In this document: in pieces, positions 29,852 through 39,377 of the stretch | Layout of the letters: each line of letters opens with the position of its first letter | How positions within the stretch are numbered: position 1 is the first letter of the stretch | NCBI GenBank assembly: GCA_001793235.1 | Contig: MGHM01000017.1 | Span: 2,971 to 66,970, forward strand | DNA from: Candidatus Woesebacteria bacterium RIFCSPLOWO2_01_FULL_44_24b | GTDB taxonomy: Bacteria; Patescibacteriota; Microgenomatia; UBA8517 | Direction: 5' to 3' | Length of the DNA: 64,000 bases | Notes under the pieces: generated by a model | The model's input: only the letters and a program-made list of their open reading frames with translations | Databases searched by the model: none | Told to the model about the DNA's origin: nothing | Made by a program: the position numbers and the translations under genes

Positions 29852-31217
29852 AAGAATTCTTATTCATAATGCCGATTATATTTATAACCTTGCGGGAGTT
29901 TCACCAAATTCGCCGCCGCAAGATATCCTAATTGAGGGAAATATTATTGCTGCAATTGGCCCAAAATTAGATGAAAAATTTGGGGATGTTAAAACCCACA
30001 TAGACGCAACTAATAAACTTGTCTTTCCGGGGTTTATCAACACCCATCACCATCTATTTCAAGCATTCATGAGGCATGTACCTCAAATGCAAAATCAAAG
30101 AATAGATCAATGGATTGCAGAAGCTACTTCCCGAGCTAAAAAGATGGACCCCGAAGCACACTACTGGGCTGCCCTTTCTAATATGGCAGAACTAGTACTC
30201 TCTGGTGCAACAACTACGACCGATATGCTTTATCTATATCCTAATCAATACGATCATCAAGAACTTTTTGAAGCAACTATTGAGGCTGCAAAAACCATTG
30301 GAGTCCGATTTCATCCCTACCGTGGATCAATGAGCAGAAGAGATGGGTTATTTGAAAAAGATGTGTTAGAAGAATCTGAAAAAATTATTGAACATACCAG
30401 AGACATTGTAGATAAATTCCACCAGAAAGCTGGAGATGCAATGGTTAAAGTTGGGATAGCACCATGCACTATCTTTACAAACTGTGCTTATGATTACGAA
30501 CAAGCTGCGGCACTTGCAATAAGATACGACATTAATCTGCAAACTCATTTGGGTGAATCAAAATTTGAAACCCGATATGTTCTTGAAAAATACGGCATGA
30601 CACCTTACCAGTTGATGGAATCACTGGGGTGGAAAGATAGTAGAGTTAGCCTTGCCCATTGTATTGAGATAAACGATGAAGATATTGACCGTTTAGCGCA
30701 AAACCACAATTCTGTTAGCCATTGCCCTACTTCAAATGCACGCTCGCCCATAGGGCAAACAGGAGTTGCTCCAATAGCCAAAATGCTTCAAAAAGGAGTG
30801 AATGTGTCAATTGGCGTTGACGGCAGTGCAGGAAACGATTCATCTGACATGCTTTTTGAAATGAGAGCTGCCAGAACTAACCAAGGAATTCCAGAAGAAT
30901 CAACATATCTTGATCCAGAGCAGATTTTTTATATGGCAACTGAAGGTGGCGCCAAAGCTCTTAGATGGGAAAGCAACATAGGACGTGTTGAGCAAGGATA
31001 CTGCGCTGATATAACTATTTTTGATATTCATGATTCCATTGGTCATATAGGTGCATGGGACAAAGCCGGGTCACTAATAAGCTGCAGCTCTAAACGGGCT
31101 GAAACAGTTATTATAAACGGAGAAATAATTGTTTCAGAAGGAAGACTTACGAAAATAGAAGAACGGCAACTGATAAAAAAAGCAACGACTAAATGGAAGG
31201 AGGCTTTTGGCAAATGA
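29844..31217 (+). CDS. Amidohydrolase family purine/triazine deaminase (8-oxoguanine deaminase-like)
   Basis: PGFINTHHHLFQ, RFHPYRGSMS, APC, QTHLGE, LAHC, HCPTSN, GVDGSAGND. Confidence 0.88.
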   Translation: MPERILIHNADYIYNLAGVSPNSPPQDILIEGNIIAAIGPKLDEKFGDVKTHIDATNKLVFPGFINTHHHLFQAFMRHVPQMQNQRIDQWIAEATSRAKKMDPEAHYWAALSNMAELVLSGATTTTDMLYLYPNQYDHQELFEATIEAAKTIGVRFHPYRGSMSRRDGLFEKDVLEESEKIIEHTRDIVDKFHQKAGDAMVKVGIAPCTIFTNCAYDYEQAAALAIRYDINLQTHLGESKFETRYVLEKYGMTPYQLMESLGWKDSRVSLAHCIEINDEDIDRLAQNHNSVSHCPTSNARSPIGQTGVAPIAKMLQKGVNVSIGVDGSAGNDSSDMLFEMRAARTNQGIPEESTYLDPEQIFYMATEGGAKALRWESNIGRVEQGYCADITIFDIHDSIGHIGAWDKAGSLISCSSKRAETVIINGEIIVSEGRLTKIEERQLIKKATTKWKEAFGK

Positions 31218-32488
31218 TAAATGTAGACTTAGAAAAAACAATTCCAGAACCTTTGCGCTTTCCCGATGAAAGAGTAAAAGTAGCTGAGATAAGACAAGAT
31301 TACGGAACTTTTTTAAGTGTAGATGCATTAAAATGGGCACTTAACAAAGATTACTTAAGTAAAGATTCCCAAAAAATAACCGCTTCAGAGATTGCCCCAT
31401 CGCTAAGATGTCCTGAAGGGTGCAATAATTGTCCCGATTCTATCCTCGAAATTAAAAGGCGTATAGCTGTAGGTTTGATTCCAAAGGTGGAAGCCAGGGC
31501 TCGAACTGAGACTTTTAAATATATGATGGACGATTTCTATAATTTGGGTATTCGCCATTGGATGTTTGTAGGAGGAACTCTTGATCACTTACCAGAAATT
31601 GGTGAACTAATTAATCATGGATTGAGCCAAGAAGAAACAAAAGTTAGTTGGTTTAGCGATGGCATCCCTCAAACTAATCCCGATGGCAGTCCTTCAAATT
31701 TAATGCAAACTGCACTAGAGGATGGATGGATGAAAAAAGTTGCAAATCATGTTTCTTGGGATTATCCCTACGGGTATGCCAATATAATCCCTCATGGAAA
31801 TATTTTACCTCTCAAGCAAGGGAGAGGGCTCAAATTTGAAGACGATCCAGAGTACTCAAGAGTTTTCAAAACTCACTATGGTACCATCTTTGCTCTTAAT
31901 TTGATTAATGCTGATGCAAGAAGGGTTGTGCTTAATATCACGGTCTCTCCAGGAAATTTAAGGCTAATTCCCCAATTATATGCTCAAGCCGATCTTTTGC
32001 AGCAACATGCTATCGAAAATGGAAAGAAAACTGAGGTAGGTTTAACGTTCAGCCCGTCCATTTGGAGACCTCACCAAGCCAGAGGGGACGGAACCTTACA
32101 AAGCCCTGCTTCGGCAGGGCTTGAAATGAGAGATATGTCAGAAACGAACGAAATATTTTCAATGATATTACAAAATGAATACCAGCGAATAAGAAATGGT
32201 CATCCTCGTTTACTTTATAACTCTTCAGGATATACAAATTTAATGGCTGACCCGCAATACAGACAAATTACAGTTGACCAGGGAGTACCCTATCCTAATG
32301 GTCCAGAAATACTAAATATAACCCCTACAGCTGACGCTTGGCTTGATCCGATGTTTGCAGGTCCGGAATTGGAAGCGATAAATAGTACGTTTGGATACAG
32401 AGACCGGGTCTTCAAACCTGAAAATAATATATTTACACAATTCCAAGACCCTAACCTGCCTTGGTTTCCAAATATGGTAACAACATGA
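31214..32488 (+). CDS. Radical SAM protein, uncharacterised
   Basis: CPEGCNNC (CxxxCxxC), FVGG, FSDG, VSWD; ATGA-coupled on both sides. Confidence 0.75.
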   Translation: MINVDLEKTIPEPLRFPDERVKVAEIRQDYGTFLSVDALKWALNKDYLSKDSQKITASEIAPSLRCPEGCNNCPDSILEIKRRIAVGLIPKVEARARTETFKYMMDDFYNLGIRHWMFVGGTLDHLPEIGELINHGLSQEETKVSWFSDGIPQTNPDGSPSNLMQTALEDGWMKKVANHVSWDYPYGYANIIPHGNILPLKQGRGLKFEDDPEYSRVFKTHYGTIFALNLINADARRVVLNITVSPGNLRLIPQLYAQADLLQQHAIENGKKTEVGLTFSPSIWRPHQARGDGTLQSPASAGLEMRDMSETNEIFSMILQNEYQRIRNGHPRLLYNSSGYTNLMADPQYRQITVDQGVPYPNGPEILNITPTADAWLDPMFAGPELEAINSTFGYRDRVFKPENNIFTQFQDPNLPWFPNMVTT

Positions 32489-33159
32489 GAGAAACTGACA
32501 AATATCTAGCTCAGTCAATTATTGATTTTAAAGTGCCAAGGTTTGGTGAGAATATAAAGAATAAAAGCGACTCTCCTTCCTGTATGTTTGACGTAAGAAA
32601 ATTATTATCCGAACCAGAGCCTTATAAGTATATTTGCAATAAAATGGCTGAGGTTGTCAAAAATGACTGTTCTGGAAGTGCTGTGGTTGGATTGGCCACT
32701 TCAGGCATAGCTTGGGCTGCAGTTGCTGGATACTTAACAGATATGCCAGTTTTATATGTTCGTAAGAAAAAAGAACCAAATGTTAGTGACTTATATTTGG
32801 AGGGTACTTTGCCAAGCGACAGAAGAGTGATACTTATCGATGACTTGCTCTTCGCTGGAGAAAGCAAAAATGAGGCTTTAGAGATACTTCAAAAGGAGGG
32901 TTGTATCGTTACGGATGTTGTTGTTGTCGTTGATAGACAGATACAAAGAAAAAAAGATGGACCCCCGATAGATCAAAGATGGGGATTACAATTTCATAAC
33001 CTTATAAATATGTCAGAAGTTGTCGAATATATGGTACAAACAAATTCTATCACTGAATCGCAACTTCAACATTTAATCCTAGACTATCAGCATTTTGAAC
33101 GCTGGGATATGCCAGATTTTGCTAAGGTGGGTGATTTTGATGAAAGACAAAACATTTGA
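32485..33159 (+). CDS. Type I phosphoribosyltransferase (PyrE-like)
   Basis: VVGLATSGI, YVRK, VILIDDLLFAGES, VVVDR. Confidence 0.85.
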   Translation: MRETDKYLAQSIIDFKVPRFGENIKNKSDSPSCMFDVRKLLSEPEPYKYICNKMAEVVKNDCSGSAVVGLATSGIAWAAVAGYLTDMPVLYVRKKKEPNVSDLYLEGTLPSDRRVILIDDLLFAGESKNEALEILQKEGCIVTDVVVVVDRQIQRKKDGPPIDQRWGLQFHNLINMSEVVEYMVQTNSITESQLQHLILDYQHFERWDMPDFAKVGDFDERQNI

Positions 33160-33403
33160 AATAATTGGTTACACAACATTTGGAGATATAAGCAATGGTG
33201 AGTCTTATGTGGTGAAAATTAGCCACGATTGCCCCAAAAACGGTATTTTAGAACTATCAACCGGACTGGGTAAATACCATACTGATGAAAGAACGGTGTC
33301 TTGTAATAAATGTGAGGGGTCGGTATTAGTAAAAAAAGATATCGCAGGCCCTCAAATTATTTATCTTGCCTCTACTTCTTTTGAACCACAGGCTAAGGTA
33401 TAA
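33140..33403 (+). CDS. Small putative zinc-binding protein
   Basis: HDC...CNKC; overlaps the upstream PRTase. Confidence 0.55.
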   Translation: MKDKTFEIIGYTTFGDISNGESYVVKISHDCPKNGILELSTGLGKYHTDERTVSCNKCEGSVLVKKDIAGPQIIYLASTSFEPQAKV

Positions 33404-33410
33404 TTTTGGG

Positions 33411-33965
33411 GTGGAGTACCATAATCTCCAAATCTGTGGGCTGACCCGGAAACTTCCCTTAATTCAAGTTGGCAGGCACACCAAAATCGCCGCGTTTTCA
33501 ATTTTGGGAGATGTTGAATTGACTGATGCTTTGGCTGATGCCATGACATTGAAAATTGAAAATTTAAAATTAAAAATTGATTACATCGTTGGTCCTGAAG
33601 TTAAAGCGGTACCCTTAGTTCATGGAGTCGCCAAGCGACTTGGTCACAAACGCTTTGTAATATGCCGCAAAAGCATCAAGCCCTATATGACTTCGCCAAT
33701 TGTGGTCAAGCCCTTGAGCCATTTTCCCAAGCACGTTAAGCCATTGGTATTGAACGGCCCCGACGCTCAAATGCTAAAAAATAAAAAAGTATTTGTTGTA
33801 GATGATGTAATTTCAACTGGAGTAACTTTTCGCCAAATTACCCATTTAATGAATAAAGTTGAAGCACAAGTGGAGGGATACATTGCTGCTATAAAACAAG
33901 GTGAGCAATTTGATAATTTAGAAAATTTATTATATTTAGCAGAACTTCCTGTATTTAAAAAGTAA
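33411..33965 (+). CDS. Adenine/purine phosphoribosyltransferase family protein
   Basis: RKLPL, PEVKAVPL, CRKSIKPYM, VVDDVISTGVT; TATAAT 6 nt before the GTG. Confidence 0.85.
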   Translation: MEYHNLQICGLTRKLPLIQVGRHTKIAAFSILGDVELTDALADAMTLKIENLKLKIDYIVGPEVKAVPLVHGVAKRLGHKRFVICRKSIKPYMTSPIVVKPLSHFPKHVKPLVLNGPDAQMLKNKKVFVVDDVISTGVTFRQITHLMNKVEAQVEGYIAAIKQGEQFDNLENLLYLAELPVFKK

Positions 33966-34613
33966 TCAAAATCTCGGAGGGCTTAACAAAACACTTTTAT
34001 CCGACTGCATTTCACTGACTCCGATTACATAAAAAGGGTCAATATTTTGATTGCTCCTAAGTTTATCAACACCATGTTGGAATAATTTTGTAAAATATAC
34101 AGCCATCTCTATTTCTATATCTTCTTGCCTTAAAACGTCAATAATTAATGAGGCGGTGGTTGAATGGGCAATTACATCATCGACCAATAGTACTCTATCT
34201 CCCTTTTCAAGGCCGTTGAAAACAAACTCAGATATGTCGTCTGTTGTAAATGACTTAACTTTTTCTTTAACAATAACCGGCGTTTCCCAAGCTCCCGGAA
34301 TATCTTTACCCTTTCTTCCGGGAGCTAACGGAAGCCCTAACCGTTCTGCCACAGATGTGGCCAATGGTATGCCGGAATTGGGAATTCCTACAACTTTATC
34401 AAATTCGTATCCTCTAAAACGATAAGCTATTAAATCAGCAGCAAATCCCTGATACCCCAAATCAACAAGCTGATTTACCCATTTCACCGAAACATAGCCT
34501 TTTTCAAAATTGGTCACTTTCGCTTCCTTAATAAATCTGTCCCGTAAGGCCGATTCTCGCGCGCGAATACCTTCTAATTGTTCACTGTGTTCAATATCTC
34601 TTAAAATAGCCAT
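33966..34613 (-). CDS. Xanthine/purine phosphoribosyltransferase family protein
   Basis: WVNQLVD, GIPNSGIP, VKSFT, VLLVDDVIA. Confidence 0.82.
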   Translation of the reverse strand: MAILRDIEHSEQLEGIRARESALRDRFIKEAKVTNFEKGYVSVKWVNQLVDLGYQGFAADLIAYRFRGYEFDKVVGIPNSGIPLATSVAERLGLPLAPGRKGKDIPGAWETPVIVKEKVKSFTTDDISEFVFNGLEKGDRVLLVDDVIAHSTTASLIIDVLRQEDIEIEMAVYFTKLFQHGVDKLRSNQNIDPFYVIGVSEMQSDKSVLLSPPRF

Positions 34614-34649
34614 ATGTTTTATAGTATTTGAAGAACAACAAATTAGCAA

Positions 34650-34778
34650 TTGACACGCTTCTCTTATAGGGTTAATTTAAAAGTAACAGTGTAATACCTC
34701 TTTGATCTTGGGAGGAAATATAAGAATAACAAGATTGATAATTAAAAGGTAGTCCCGCTGTTGGCGGGATTTTTATTT
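34650..34778 (+). promoter_or_regulatory. Promoter + structured leader ending in an intrinsic terminator
   Basis: TTGACA 34650, 17 bp spacer, TAATTT; stem TACCT..GATCTTG / CAAGATT..AGGTA; terminator TCCCGC-TGTTG-GCGGGA plus T-run just before ATG 34782. Confidence 0.6.
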
Positions 34779-34781
34779 GTT

Positions 34782-34988
34782 ATGAGCGTTGAAGCACTAG
34801 TCGCAAACAAAGATATAATTGAGTATGCCATTGGCGCTCCTCCCCAGGCTATGAAGCTCATTCACTCTTCTGTTTATGGGCCGCTTCATCAATCGGAAAA
34901 CGGATCAAACGACACTTCAGGTAAAAGTATTATCCATAGCGTAAGGCACGAGCCACCATTCCCCATAGATGTAAATATTCGGAAATAA
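34782..34988 (+). CDS. Hypothetical protein
   Basis: First ORF after the leader; next gene starts 1 bp after its stop. Confidence 0.5.
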   Translation: MSVEALVANKDIIEYAIGAPPQAMKLIHSSVYGPLHQSENGSNDTSGKSIIHSVRHEPPFPIDVNIRK

Positions 34989-34989
34989 G

Positions 34990-35604
34990 ATGGCAATACC
35001 AGACAGGCTTCAGACAAGTGAAATAAGGCAAATCTCACTGGAGCTGACTGACCCACAACTTGTTATTGATCTGAGCTCACTCGGTTACGAAGTACATATC
35101 GACACAGTGCTAAACAAACCTTTCTTTAAAGGAATATCCCAGCAAAGAGAGGTCCCCCTCCCTGCCTTTCATACGGATTCCTACATCTTAAATTCACTTG
35201 TCAATATGGGGTATAAATTCAGCGATCAGCATATTTATCCTGCGAACGCTGTCAAATACGCTCGTGGAGGCCAATGGGGTGCTATTAATGGAGTAATAAA
35301 CTTCTACCCTGATCTTGGCAAGCTTTTGACAACCAATTTAAACCCGGATTGTTTAGAGATAATTAAAACGGGAGTCAATAACGGCAATAGCCTTGAAGAA
35401 GAAGTTGAAAAAGTCCTGGGTAAAGCTCCGCAAAAGAAACTGCTCAAAATCCCGGTTGCAGTTCTCCCCACTACTTCCATTGACATAGAAGCCTGGGCCA
35501 TTTATGTCCCTGACTCAAACGTAGCAATAGCTCAGAACCTAAAGCAAATAGTTTGTGACCGAACAGAGAGAGCTTCCCACTCTGCAATCTCACTGCAAGA
35601 TTAA
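34990..35604 (+). CDS. Hypothetical protein
   Basis: 204 aa ORF in a tight operon. Confidence 0.7.
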   Translation: MAIPDRLQTSEIRQISLELTDPQLVIDLSSLGYEVHIDTVLNKPFFKGISQQREVPLPAFHTDSYILNSLVNMGYKFSDQHIYPANAVKYARGGQWGAINGVINFYPDLGKLLTTNLNPDCLEIIKTGVNNGNSLEEEVEKVLGKAPQKKLLKIPVAVLPTTSIDIEAWAIYVPDSNVAIAQNLKQIVCDRTERASHSAISLQD

Positions 35605-35611
35605 CTAAACC

Positions 35612-36463
35612 ATGATCTTTCGTGAAAGAGAAAGAGCCAACAACCAAGAATGGTACACGCTAGACGGCTGGCATCTTAGCTTCTCCGGTGGTAGCACTAA
35701 GAATTCAATAGTAGTCAAAACAAGAACGGGCAACATTTACCAAGAGCCTGAGTCTACTATACATTTATCGGCCGCCCTAGGGGAACGCTTGGAAGTCTTT
35801 ATTAAAAGCGGGGGTTATATCGACAGAGTCATGGCAAACACTGATCCAGCAAGCTTAAACTACACAATTACTCAACTAAATCGCGCAATCTCAAGCACAG
35901 GCATTGATCATGCAACAATATGGTCAATTGGTGCAATGGGCTATTGCGGTTATTGTGCAAACGGCGAGATCTACCGAAGAAGTAGATACTTAAAGTCATT
36001 AATAGATGGAAATAACGATTTGGGTAAGATCATGAGACAGTCTCAAACCTTAAAAAATAAACAGTTCTACGACCGGGATGGCAGGATTGTAAGCTCGGCT
36101 GTGTGTAGCCTGACAGAGGCTTTTGAAATTTTAGACTACCCTACACCACCCATGCAAGTAAGCCCAAATTCCTCCTATTTGCTAATTATTCGAAGGGCGG
36201 ACTTAATTGAAGGTTATGAGTACACCAATACCATAGTTTCTGAAACAAACCAGTTTTGTTATGACTATTTTGATTTTACTTCAAGTTCTATAAACACTCC
36301 TACCAAAAATATGCCACAATTCCGCAAATATAAACCTTCCAAAGGCGATCAATTCCTTAGGGCTGTACAAATTCTAAAAGATGCAGGGTATCAAATAGAA
36401 GATGGAACGGGGTGCATTAGGGACAACAATACTCTGGTTTTTCCAGTCCCCAAACTACGCTGA
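35612..36463 (+). CDS. Hypothetical protein (CGYC motif)
   Basis: 283 aa ORF in a tight operon. Confidence 0.7.
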   Translation: MIFRERERANNQEWYTLDGWHLSFSGGSTKNSIVVKTRTGNIYQEPESTIHLSAALGERLEVFIKSGGYIDRVMANTDPASLNYTITQLNRAISSTGIDHATIWSIGAMGYCGYCANGEIYRRSRYLKSLIDGNNDLGKIMRQSQTLKNKQFYDRDGRIVSSAVCSLTEAFEILDYPTPPMQVSPNSSYLLIIRRADLIEGYEYTNTIVSETNQFCYDYFDFTSSSINTPTKNMPQFRKYKPSKGDQFLRAVQILKDAGYQIEDGTGCIRDNNTLVFPVPKLR

Positions 36464-38872
36464 AGCTATAAATGCCGGGGCGTGAGGCAGTTGCTCGTCA
36501 GTGCGCTCCATGAGTGGCCAGCGGGTGAGGGCTACTTTTAGAACATCCTCTAACGCTTCTGCAAAGACGAATTTTATGCCAGCTCGTACATTGGCCGGGA
36601 TATCTTCCATATCTTTCTTGTTATCCCTTGGCAAAATGATGGTCTTGAGGCCCGCCACGTGCCCGGCCACCACTTTTTCCTTTACCCCGCCAATCTCAAG
36701 AACCCGCCCGCGAAGCGTCACTTCTCCGGTCATTCCCACGTCACGGCGAGTTGCAACTCCCGTGAGAGCCGAAACCAGAGCAGTGGAGATGGCTACACCT
36801 GCTGACGGGCCATCTTTCGGAGTGGCTCCTTCGGGAACGTGAATGTGCACATCCATTTTACTGCTAAAATTGCCGCGCAGCCCCAAGTCCCGCCAGTGCG
36901 CTTTAGTCCAGGTAAACGCAGCCTTGGCAGACTCTTTCATAACACTCCCAAGCTGCCCCGTTAAAGTGAGCTTGCCGGTGCCCGGCATGAGAGCTACTTC
37001 AATAAATAATATCTCGCCACCCGCACTGGTTACGGCCAGCCCGGTGGCCATGCCGGCTTCATCGTTTTTCTCGGCAATCTGAGACCTGAACTTTGCCGGC
37101 CCAAGAAACTTGCGCACTTCATCTTTACCCAAAAGCGTGGGGTACTTTTTCTTCTCAGCAACCAGACGCGCGATTTTCCTGTCAAGTGTAGCAAGGCTCC
37201 TCTCAAGCTCACGGATTCCGGCCTCCCTGGTGTAGTGCTTGATAATTTCCTTTACTGCGCTATCCGTTACCTTAATGCCTTTCCCGGTGAGACCGTTTAG
37301 GCGAATTTGCTTGGGCCAGAGATATTTTTTAGAAATATGAAATTTCTCATCGTCGATGTAGCCAGCAAAGCGGATTATTTCCATTCGGTCGCGCAAGGGA
37401 AGAGGAATGGTGTCGAGGACATTGGCCGTGCAAATAAACATAACCTCCGAGAGGTCAAAAGGCACTTCAAGATAATGGTCCGAAAACTCTTTATTCTGCT
37501 CAGGGTCGAGAATCTCCAGAAGTGCCGAGGCCGGGTCCCCTCGGTAATCCGCTCCAAGTTTGTCAACTTCATCAAGCATAAACACCGGATTTTTGGTGCC
37601 AGCATCTCTGATGCTTTGAATGATTCTGCCAGGCATTGCCCCGACATAAGTTCTCCTGTGGCCCCGAAGTTCGGCCTCGTCTCTGATGCCCCCCAAAGAA
37701 ACTCTCACAAATTCACGATCAAGAGCTTTTGCGATTGATTTGCCTATCGAGGTTTTACCCACACCGGGTGGCCCCACAAAACATAAAATTGTGGGGTGCG
37801 AACCGTTGTCTTTAGACTTTTCCTGCCCGTTTTTCAGGGTAAGCACGGATAAATACTCCAAAATCCGCTCTTTCGGTTTTTCAAGGCCGTAATGGTCCTC
37901 TTCCAAAACTTCGTTGGCTTTTTCAATAGACACCGATGATTCTGAAGTTTTGCTCCAGGGCATCTCGGCCAACCAATCCAGGTAATTTCTAATGTAACCC
38001 CCTTCGGGATTGTGGGGAGACATGTTCCTCAAGCGTTTAAGCTCTTTTCTGGCTTTAACAAGAACCGCCTTGGGCATTCCAGCCTTTTTTATTTTTTCCC
38101 GCAGCTCTTTTATGTCATCGTCGCCGCCATCTTCCAACCCTTCCTCGCCAAGTTCCTCCTCGATGGTTTTTTTCTTTTCTCTAAGCATGGCGCGCCTCAT
38201 CTGATCCTCAAAGCGCCTTTGAGTTTTGACCGAAATCGTCCGCTCCAAATCCAGCACGTTAATTTCTTGAGACAGATAATCAATTACTTTTGTGAGCCTG
38301 TCGCGTACGGAGAGCATCTCCAAAAGCTCCTGCTTATCGCGGGTTTTAAGCTCTAAGAGCGATGCAGCCGAGTCAACAAGTTCAATCGGGTCGGTTTGCT
38401 GGGACAGGACCCGCATGATGGTCGTGACCTCTACACCTTTACCCATATTTATAGCCTTTTTAAATAGCTCCGAGAGCTTTCCGGCCAAGGCTTTGACTTC
38501 TTCCCCTTCATAATCTTCCTCAAGAACTTCAGTGACCGAACCTGTCATGTATGGCTCCTCGGAAGTAACTTCCCCGAGGCGGACTCGAGTTTGGCCCCTA
38601 ACCATTGCATGAATTTCCCCCTCGGTTGTCATCATCTGGGTAATGGTCGCCAAAGTCCCAATTTTATAGAGGTCGTGAGGGGCGGGGTCTACTATTTTGT
38701 CACTTTTTTGGGCGAAAACTGCAACCACGCGGTCGGACTGAAATGCTGCGCTTACTGAAGCTACTGATTTTGGTCTGCCGAAAGAAAGGATCGAGTCAGT
38801 ATGGGGAAAAATCGTAGTCCCCCGGATGGCTACAATCGGCACCGTCCGTGTTACTTTAATAATATCGTCCAT
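36455..38872 (-). CDS. lon: ATP-dependent Lon protease
   Basis: GPPGVGKTS, GHRRTYVGAMPG, PKDGPSAG, IGGVKEK. Confidence 0.98.
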   Translation of the reverse strand: MDDIIKVTRTVPIVAIRGTTIFPHTDSILSFGRPKSVASVSAAFQSDRVVAVFAQKSDKIVDPAPHDLYKIGTLATITQMMTTEGEIHAMVRGQTRVRLGEVTSEEPYMTGSVTEVLEEDYEGEEVKALAGKLSELFKKAINMGKGVEVTTIMRVLSQQTDPIELVDSAASLLELKTRDKQELLEMLSVRDRLTKVIDYLSQEINVLDLERTISVKTQRRFEDQMRRAMLREKKKTIEEELGEEGLEDGGDDDIKELREKIKKAGMPKAVLVKARKELKRLRNMSPHNPEGGYIRNYLDWLAEMPWSKTSESSVSIEKANEVLEEDHYGLEKPKERILEYLSVLTLKNGQEKSKDNGSHPTILCFVGPPGVGKTSIGKSIAKALDREFVRVSLGGIRDEAELRGHRRTYVGAMPGRIIQSIRDAGTKNPVFMLDEVDKLGADYRGDPASALLEILDPEQNKEFSDHYLEVPFDLSEVMFICTANVLDTIPLPLRDRMEIIRFAGYIDDEKFHISKKYLWPKQIRLNGLTGKGIKVTDSAVKEIIKHYTREAGIRELERSLATLDRKIARLVAEKKKYPTLLGKDEVRKFLGPAKFRSQIAEKNDEAGMATGLAVTSAGGEILFIEVALMPGTGKLTLTGQLGSVMKESAKAAFTWTKAHWRDLGLRGNFSSKMDVHIHVPEGATPKDGPSAGVAISTALVSALTGVATRRDVGMTGEVTLRGRVLEIGGVKEKVVAGHVAGLKTIILPRDNKKDMEDIPANVRAGIKFVFAEALEDVLKVALTRWPLMERTDEQLPHAPAFIASA

Positions 38873-38918
38873 ATTTTATTATATAACTCTAGCAGAGTAG
38901 CATTCTGAGTGCCAGCTG

Positions 38919-39377
38919 TCAAGCCTTTTTTCTGAACTTAATGTGTATTTTGTTAAATATCAGACTTGTTAGAACTCCAATCAAGACCCCAAGTGCGATA
39001 TCAAGCGGATAATGAACGTTAGCCAAAACACGCCCAACGCCAAGTAGCGCCGCGACTGTAAAAAGAAGCACTCCTATGCTTTTTTGATGGAGCGTGACAC
39101 TCGTGGCAAGGCTAAAAGCAACCGCGGCATGGACCGAGGGGAGACTCGAAAACTCCGAAAGCCCGGCACTGGGGTACCCCCCATACATATATGGGCGGGG
39201 AACCAAAAAAAGCTCCTTTAATATTAAGGAAAAAACGAAAGCAGAGAGGGCCGAAAACAAGGCATGCCATGCAAGTTCTTTTCTGCGTGCAATGTAGCGC
39301 TCATAAATAAATACAAAAACCACCAAAAGTATCACTCCATGGGTGTTCAGAAAAACAATAAAGGGGGACTCAATCAT
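38919..39377 (-). CDS. PAP2 family phosphatase
   Basis: K..F..PRP, PSVHAA, RVLANVHYPLD. Confidence 0.88.
   Translation of the reverse strand: MIESPFIVFLNTHGVILLVVFVFIYERYIARRKELAWHALFSALSAFVFSLILKELFLVPRPYMYGGYPSAGLSEFSSLPSVHAAVAFSLATSVTLHQKSIGVLLFTVAALLGVGRVLANVHYPLDIALGVLIGVLTSLIFNKIHIKFRKKA

Noticed and set aside
28771..36463. Genomic island integrated at tRNA-Glu
   Set aside because: No integrase and no duplicated tRNA 3' end were found; the tRNA 3' end points toward rdgB
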